Shown here piece after piece: positions 28,689 to 31,612 of a stretch of 31,612 nucleotides of DNA (position 1 is its first letter; every line of letters starts with the position of its first letter). The notes under the pieces are model-generated. The model was not told the DNA's origin. It searched no databases and was given only the letters and a program-made list of their open reading frames with translations. This DNA is from Kingella pumchi (GTDB lineage Bacteria; Pseudomonadota; Gammaproteobacteria; Burkholderiales; Neisseriaceae). The position numbers and the translations under genes are program-made. Location of the stretch: positions 1 to 31,612 of the forward strand of contig NZ_JAKOOW010000037.1 in NCBI RefSeq assembly GCF_022288825.1, written 5' to 3'.

Positions 28689-29531
28689 ATGCTTATGAAC
28701 GCCCCTTCTCCCAACCCCGCAAAGCAGCCTGAAACACCCGCGCTGGCCTGGATTTTCGGCCAGCCGGTTACCGATCTGCCGCAGGATCTGTTTATTCCGC
28801 CCGATGCGCTGAAAGTGGTTCTGAGCAGCTTTGAAGGGCCGCTCGATCTGCTGCTTTATCTAATCCGCCGCCAGAATATCGACGTGCTCGACATCCCGAT
28901 GCTGCGGATTACCGAGCAGTATCTCGGCTACATCGCCCAGATGGAAGCCCACCAGTTTGACTTGGCAGCCGAATACCTGCTGATGGCCGCGGTGCTGATA
29001 GAAATCAAATCGCGCCTGCTGCTACCGCAAACGCCCGACGAAGCCGACGACGAAGAAAGCGACCCCCGCGCCGAGCTGGTGCGGCGCCTGCTCGCCTACG
29101 AACAAATGAAACTGGCGGCGCAGAATCTCGACGCCCTACCCCGCGCCGGCCGCGATTTCGCCTGGGTTTGGCTGCCGCTGGAAATCGCTGCCGAAGCCAA
29201 ACTGCCCGAAGTGGCCGTCGCCGACCTGCAGCAGGCGTGGCTGGCGATACTGTCCCGCGCCCAAAACCACAAAAGCCATGCCGTGGTGCAGGAAGCCGTT
29301 TCCGTCCGCAGCCGCATGAGCAGCATCCTGCGCCGTCTGCAAAGCGGAAACTGCCGCTTCAGCGAGCTTTTCGATCCCGCCGCCGGTCCCGCCCATCTGG
29401 TCGTCAACTTCATCGCCCTGCTCGAACTGGTCAAAGAAGGACTGGTGCGGCTGCTGCAGGAAGAACAGTTCGGCGACATCAGCGTCAGCCTGCACGACGG
29501 CAGCAGCCACCCCGTCGAAGAAGCAGCCTGA
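28689..29531 (+). CDS. scpA: Segregation and condensation protein A
   Basis: 280 aa (the start could be 28695). FEGPLDLLLYLIRRQNIDVLDIPMLRITEQYL is the ScpA N-terminal signature. The stop codon lies inside a DUS. Confidence 0.88.
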   Translation: MLMNAPSPNPAKQPETPALAWIFGQPVTDLPQDLFIPPDALKVVLSSFEGPLDLLLYLIRRQNIDVLDIPMLRITEQYLGYIAQMEAHQFDLAAEYLLMAAVLIEIKSRLLLPQTPDEADDEESDPRAELVRRLLAYEQMKLAAQNLDALPRAGRDFAWVWLPLEIAAEAKLPEVAVADLQQAWLAILSRAQNHKSHAVVQEAVSVRSRMSSILRRLQSGNCRFSELFDPAAGPAHLVVNFIALLELVKEGLVRLLQEEQFGDISVSLHDGSSHPVEEAA

Positions 29532-29571
29532 AAACGCTGTTTTCCGCATCTTTTTTATTTTCAGGCTGCCT
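29521..29571. repeat. DUS inverted pair bridging scpA and the DUF1853 gene
   Basis: AAGCAGCCTGAA at 29521-29532 (contains the scpA stop) and TTCAGGCTGCCT at 29560-29571. The next ATG is at 29579. Confidence 0.8.
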
Positions 29572-29578
29572 TGATGCC

Positions 29579-30442
29579 ATGAACTACGCTCTCGATGCCC
29601 TTTGGCAACACCTGCACCACCCGCGCATCCGCACACTGGCCGCACTGCTGACCGCCCCGCCGCCGTGGCGCAGCGGCCGCGAAATTCCAGTATCCCTGCT
29701 GCTGGGCAGCCGCGGCTTCCGCCTGCTGGAGCAGTGGGACAGGCAGCCTGAAAGCCAACCGCAGCTGCTGCAAACTGCCAACGAACAGCAGGCACTCGGC
29801 CGTTATGCCGAAAGCCTGCTTGCCGCATGGTTCGCCCACGCCCCGCACAGCCGCCTGATTGCCGCCAACCATCCGGTTTCCCTACCAAACAGCCGGCAGC
29901 AAAGCGGCGCTTTCGACTTTATCGTCGAACTCGACGGCCGGCTCTGCCACATCGAATTGTGCTGCAAATACTACAGCGGCAGCGGGCAGCCTGAAAGCAT
30001 GGTCGGCCTGAACCCGCAAGACCGGTTGACCGACAAAACCGCAAAAATCCTGCAGCAAAGCAGCCTTTCCGCTACCCCGGCCGGCAGCAGCAGCCTGAAA
30101 ACACTCGGCTTTACCGAATCCGCCGTCCGCCGCTACACCCTGATACGCGGCAATCTGTTTACCCCCGACGGTACGCTGCCCGCGCATCCGCTTTACCAGC
30201 CGCAAAGCTGGTGCGGCCTGCTCAACCCCGATATCGGCGCCCTGCCCCAGCCACCGCAAACCCGCTTCTACCGCCTGCCACGCTGCGAATATCCCGCCCC
30301 CGCCCGTATCGACAGCAGCCTGAACGGCTGGCACGGCACACCCGATCGCAACGGCATTTACGCCGCCATGCAACGGCAAGCCGACGGCAACTGGCACGAA
30401 ACTTTTCGTTTTATGGTTACAAACCAATTAGATAACCATTAA
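29579..30442 (+). CDS. DUF1853 family protein (PD-(D/E)XK nuclease-like fold)
   Basis: 287 aa from the ATG at 29579. LGRYAESLLAAWF ... GAFDFIVELDGRLCHIELCCKYY matches the DUF1853 core (GExDFl...HwElavKfYl) as I remember it. The track start at 29168 overlaps scpA in another frame. Confidence 0.65.
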   Translation: MNYALDALWQHLHHPRIRTLAALLTAPPPWRSGREIPVSLLLGSRGFRLLEQWDRQPESQPQLLQTANEQQALGRYAESLLAAWFAHAPHSRLIAANHPVSLPNSRQQSGAFDFIVELDGRLCHIELCCKYYSGSGQPESMVGLNPQDRLTDKTAKILQQSSLSATPAGSSSLKTLGFTESAVRRYTLIRGNLFTPDGTLPAHPLYQPQSWCGLLNPDIGALPQPPQTRFYRLPRCEYPAPARIDSSLNGWHGTPDRNGIYAAMQRQADGNWHETFRFMVTNQLDNH

Positions 30443-30455
30443 ACAGCGCACTATT

Positions 30456-30470
30456 TTCAGGCAGCCTGAA
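30456..30470. repeat. 15-nt palindromic DUS TTCAGGCAGCCTGAA
   Basis: Exact match, 14 nt after the DUF1853 stop. Confidence 0.85.
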
Positions 30471-30544
30471 AAAGCAAAATCACCGCCGTGGGCCGTATAT
30501 AGCATCCCATTCCGGTTTTTTTACGAAAAAACCAAACTATTCAC

Positions 30545-30573
30545 TTGAATTCAAAACAACAATTAGCGATAAT
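30545..30573 (+). promoter_or_regulatory. Putative sigma70 promoter for ihfA
   Basis: TTGAAT (30545-30550), 17-nt spacer, GATAAT (30568-30573), about 30 nt upstream of the ATG. Confidence 0.4.
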
Positions 30574-30604
30574 CCGCCCCTTGCATTTTCCAGAAGGTAA
30601 CATC

Positions 30605-30907
30605 ATGACCATGACCAAAGCAGAGCTGGCCGATATCTTGGTAGAAAAAGTCAGCAGCGTGAGCAAAAACGACGCCAAAGAAATCGTCGAACTTTTTTTT
30701 GAAGAAATCCGCACCACGCTTGAGCGCGGTGAAGAAATCAAAATTTCCGGCTTCGGCAATTTCCAGCTGCGCGACAAACCGCAGCGCCCCGGCCGCAACC
30801 CCAAAACCGGCGAAGAAGTGCCGATTACCGCCCGCCGCGTGGTTACTTTCCATGCCAGCCAAAAACTGAAAGGCATGGTGGAGCATCATTATGAGAAGCA
30901 GCGCTAA
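30605..30907 (+). CDS. ihfA: Integration host factor subunit alpha
   Basis: 100 aa from the ATG at 30605 (GAAGG SD). [53 protein letters not shown] is near-identical in pattern to E. coli IhfA. Confidence 0.92.
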   Translation: MTMTKAELADILVEKVSSVSKNDAKEIVELFFEEIRTTLERGEEIKISGFGNFQLRDKPQRPGRNPKTGEEVPITARRVVTFHASQKLKGMVEHHYEKQR

Positions 30908-31202
30908 ACTTCCGCCCGTCCCCGCCAAACGCTACTTCAGCCTGCCCGAAGTATGCGAGCTTGCGCAAATTCGCCCCGAGCAGCTTGCCGAATGGCAAAG
31001 CCGAAACGGCAGCCTGCGCCAGGGCGGCAACGCCTTCACCCGCACCGACGTCATGCAAATCCGCCAACTGCACCACGGCATCAGCGACTATTTTGCCCAA
31101 GACTATCTGGACGAAGAAGGCCGCCCGGTAATCGCCGCCCCGCAAATGCGCCAGGAATTGCAAGACCTGCTTTATAAAATAGAAAAAGCGCTTGCCATTT
31201 AA
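30891..31202 (+). CDS. Small MerR-family DNA-binding protein
   Basis: 103 aa. The N-terminal [21 protein letters not shown] is helix-turn-helix-like. Overlaps ihfA by 17 nt. An ihfA / MerR-like / tRNA-Pro arrangement is common in betaproteobacteria (from memory). Confidence 0.6.
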   Translation: MRSSAKLPPVPAKRYFSLPEVCELAQIRPEQLAEWQSRNGSLRQGGNAFTRTDVMQIRQLHHGISDYFAQDYLDEEGRPVIAAPQMRQELQDLLYKIEKALAI

Positions 31203-31237
31203 CCCGGCTTTCTTTACAATTCGCGTCTTTCCCAAGT

Positions 31238-31314
31238 CGGAGTGTGGCGCAGTCTGGTAGCGCACTTGCATGGGGTGCAAGGGGTCGAAGGTTCGAATCC
31301 TTTCACTCCGACCA
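31238..31314 (+). tRNA. tRNA-Pro (anticodon GGG)
   Basis: Hand-folded cloverleaf. Acceptor CGGAGTG/CACTCCG, D arm GCGC/GCGC, anticodon stem CTTGC/GCAAG with loop ATGGGGT, T arm GAAGG-TTCGAAT-CCTTT, encoded CCA. Confidence 0.9.
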
Positions 31315-31321
31315 AAATGCT

Positions 31322-31355
31322 AAAAGCAGCCTGAAAGTTTTCAGGCTGCTTTTTT
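31322..31355 (+). terminator. DUS-pair rho-independent terminator after tRNA-Pro
   Basis: AAAAGCAGCCTGAAAG TTTTCAGGCTGCTTTT, a tight hairpin followed by a T-run. Confidence 0.75.
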
Positions 31356-31380
31356 ATGCTTTGAAAACAGCCCAAACCAA

Positions 31381-31420
31381 AAGCAGCCTGCAAACCCCGA
31401 ATCCGCTTTTCAGGCTGCTT
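31381..31420. repeat. Hybrid DUS pair (AAGCAGCCTGCA facing TTCAGGCTGCTT)
   Basis: The left arm has the ...CTGCA ending and the right arm the ...CTGAA ending, so the hairpin carries one mismatch. Confidence 0.75.
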
Positions 31421-31424
31421 TTGC

Positions 31425-31462
31425 AAAAAAAAAAAACGGCTCAACCGCAAAGCGGCGAGCCG
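31425..31462 (-). terminator. Rho-independent terminator downstream of tRNA-Val (minus strand)
   Basis: On the minus strand: CGGCTC-GCCGCTTTGCGGTT-GAGCCG hairpin (31437-31462) followed by a T12 run (A12 at 31425-31436 on the plus strand). Confidence 0.7.
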
Positions 31463-31543
31463 GAAACGAAAGGATACATTATGAAAGGGGTTGCGGCAGC
31501 ATGGCTGCCGCGAAAACGACCGCCGTTAAAGCAGCCGACAAAC

Positions 31544-31612
31544 TGGTGGGTGATGACGGAGTCGAACCGCCGACATTCTGCTTGTAAGGCAGACGCTCTA
31601 CCAACTGAGCTA
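31544..31612 (-). tRNA. tRNA-Val (anticodon TAC), truncated by the window edge
   Basis: The reverse complement reads TAGCTCAGTTGGTAGAGCG-TCTGC-CTTACAA-GCAGA-ATGTC-GGCGG-TTCGACT-CCGTC-ATCACCC-A-CCA. Only the 7-nt 5' acceptor strand is outside the window. Confidence 0.85.

Noticed and set aside
31214-31612. 78-aa minus-strand ORF over tRNA-Pro, and an ATG-initiated plus-strand frame from about 31480 running into tRNA-Val
   Set aside because: Both overlap well-folded tRNA genes and DUS terminators. The peptides are DUS translations (FQAAF, KQPEK) and are not credible CDS.

Overview
This is a high-GC chromosomal segment from a Neisseriaceae-type betaproteobacterium. Hand counts of sample 60-nt lines give about 65-70% GC in most genes. 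The lineage call rests on my manual count of about 63 perfect copies of the 10-mer GCAGCCTGAA/TTCAGGCTGC. Most are the 12-mer AGGCAGCCTGAA, which I recall as the Kingella denitrificans-type 'AG-kingDUS' dialect of the DNA uptake sequence. Many sit as inverted pairs behind stop codons.

Gene content, left to right:
- a compact argC-argJ-argB-argD cluster, rep helicase and prfC (RF3)
- an AT-rich orphan membrane gene next to an IS110-family insertion sequence
- a MOSC (YiiM-like) gene and a minus-strand olsB/olsA-like acyltransferase pair
- a DHA2 MFS transporter, ptsN-hprK-rapZ, speB (agmatinase family), rph, and divergent yicC
- pilB-pilC-pilD-coaE-zapD, cinA/pncC, yciO, prfB (RF2), scpA and a DUF1853 PD-(D/E)XK-like gene
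- ihfA, a small MerR-like gene, tRNA-Pro(GGG) and a partial tRNA-Val(TAC) at the edge

I see no CRISPR array, no recognisable defence island and no toxin-antitoxin pair, so most of the window is housekeeping.

The signals I consider worth a second look:
- the DUS architecture: 15-nt palindromic 'double-dialect' DUS, multi-copy intergenic arrays, and DUS that supply stop codons
- a compositionally foreign stretch at about 7.2-10.7 kb: lower-GC prfC ending in a hairpin of a different DUS dialect (AAGCAGCCTGCA), an orphan membrane gene at roughly 28-33% GC, and an IS110 element with candidate bridge-RNA ends
- a lower-GC pilBCD block
- a prfB with no programmed +1 frameshift site
- a putative ornithine-lipid (olsBA-like) pair
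- a Gram-positive-style argCJBD cluster with the short 'uncommon' ArgC

Many long ORFs in the six-frame track are antisense or alternative-frame shadows typical of GC-rich DNA, and I rejected them.
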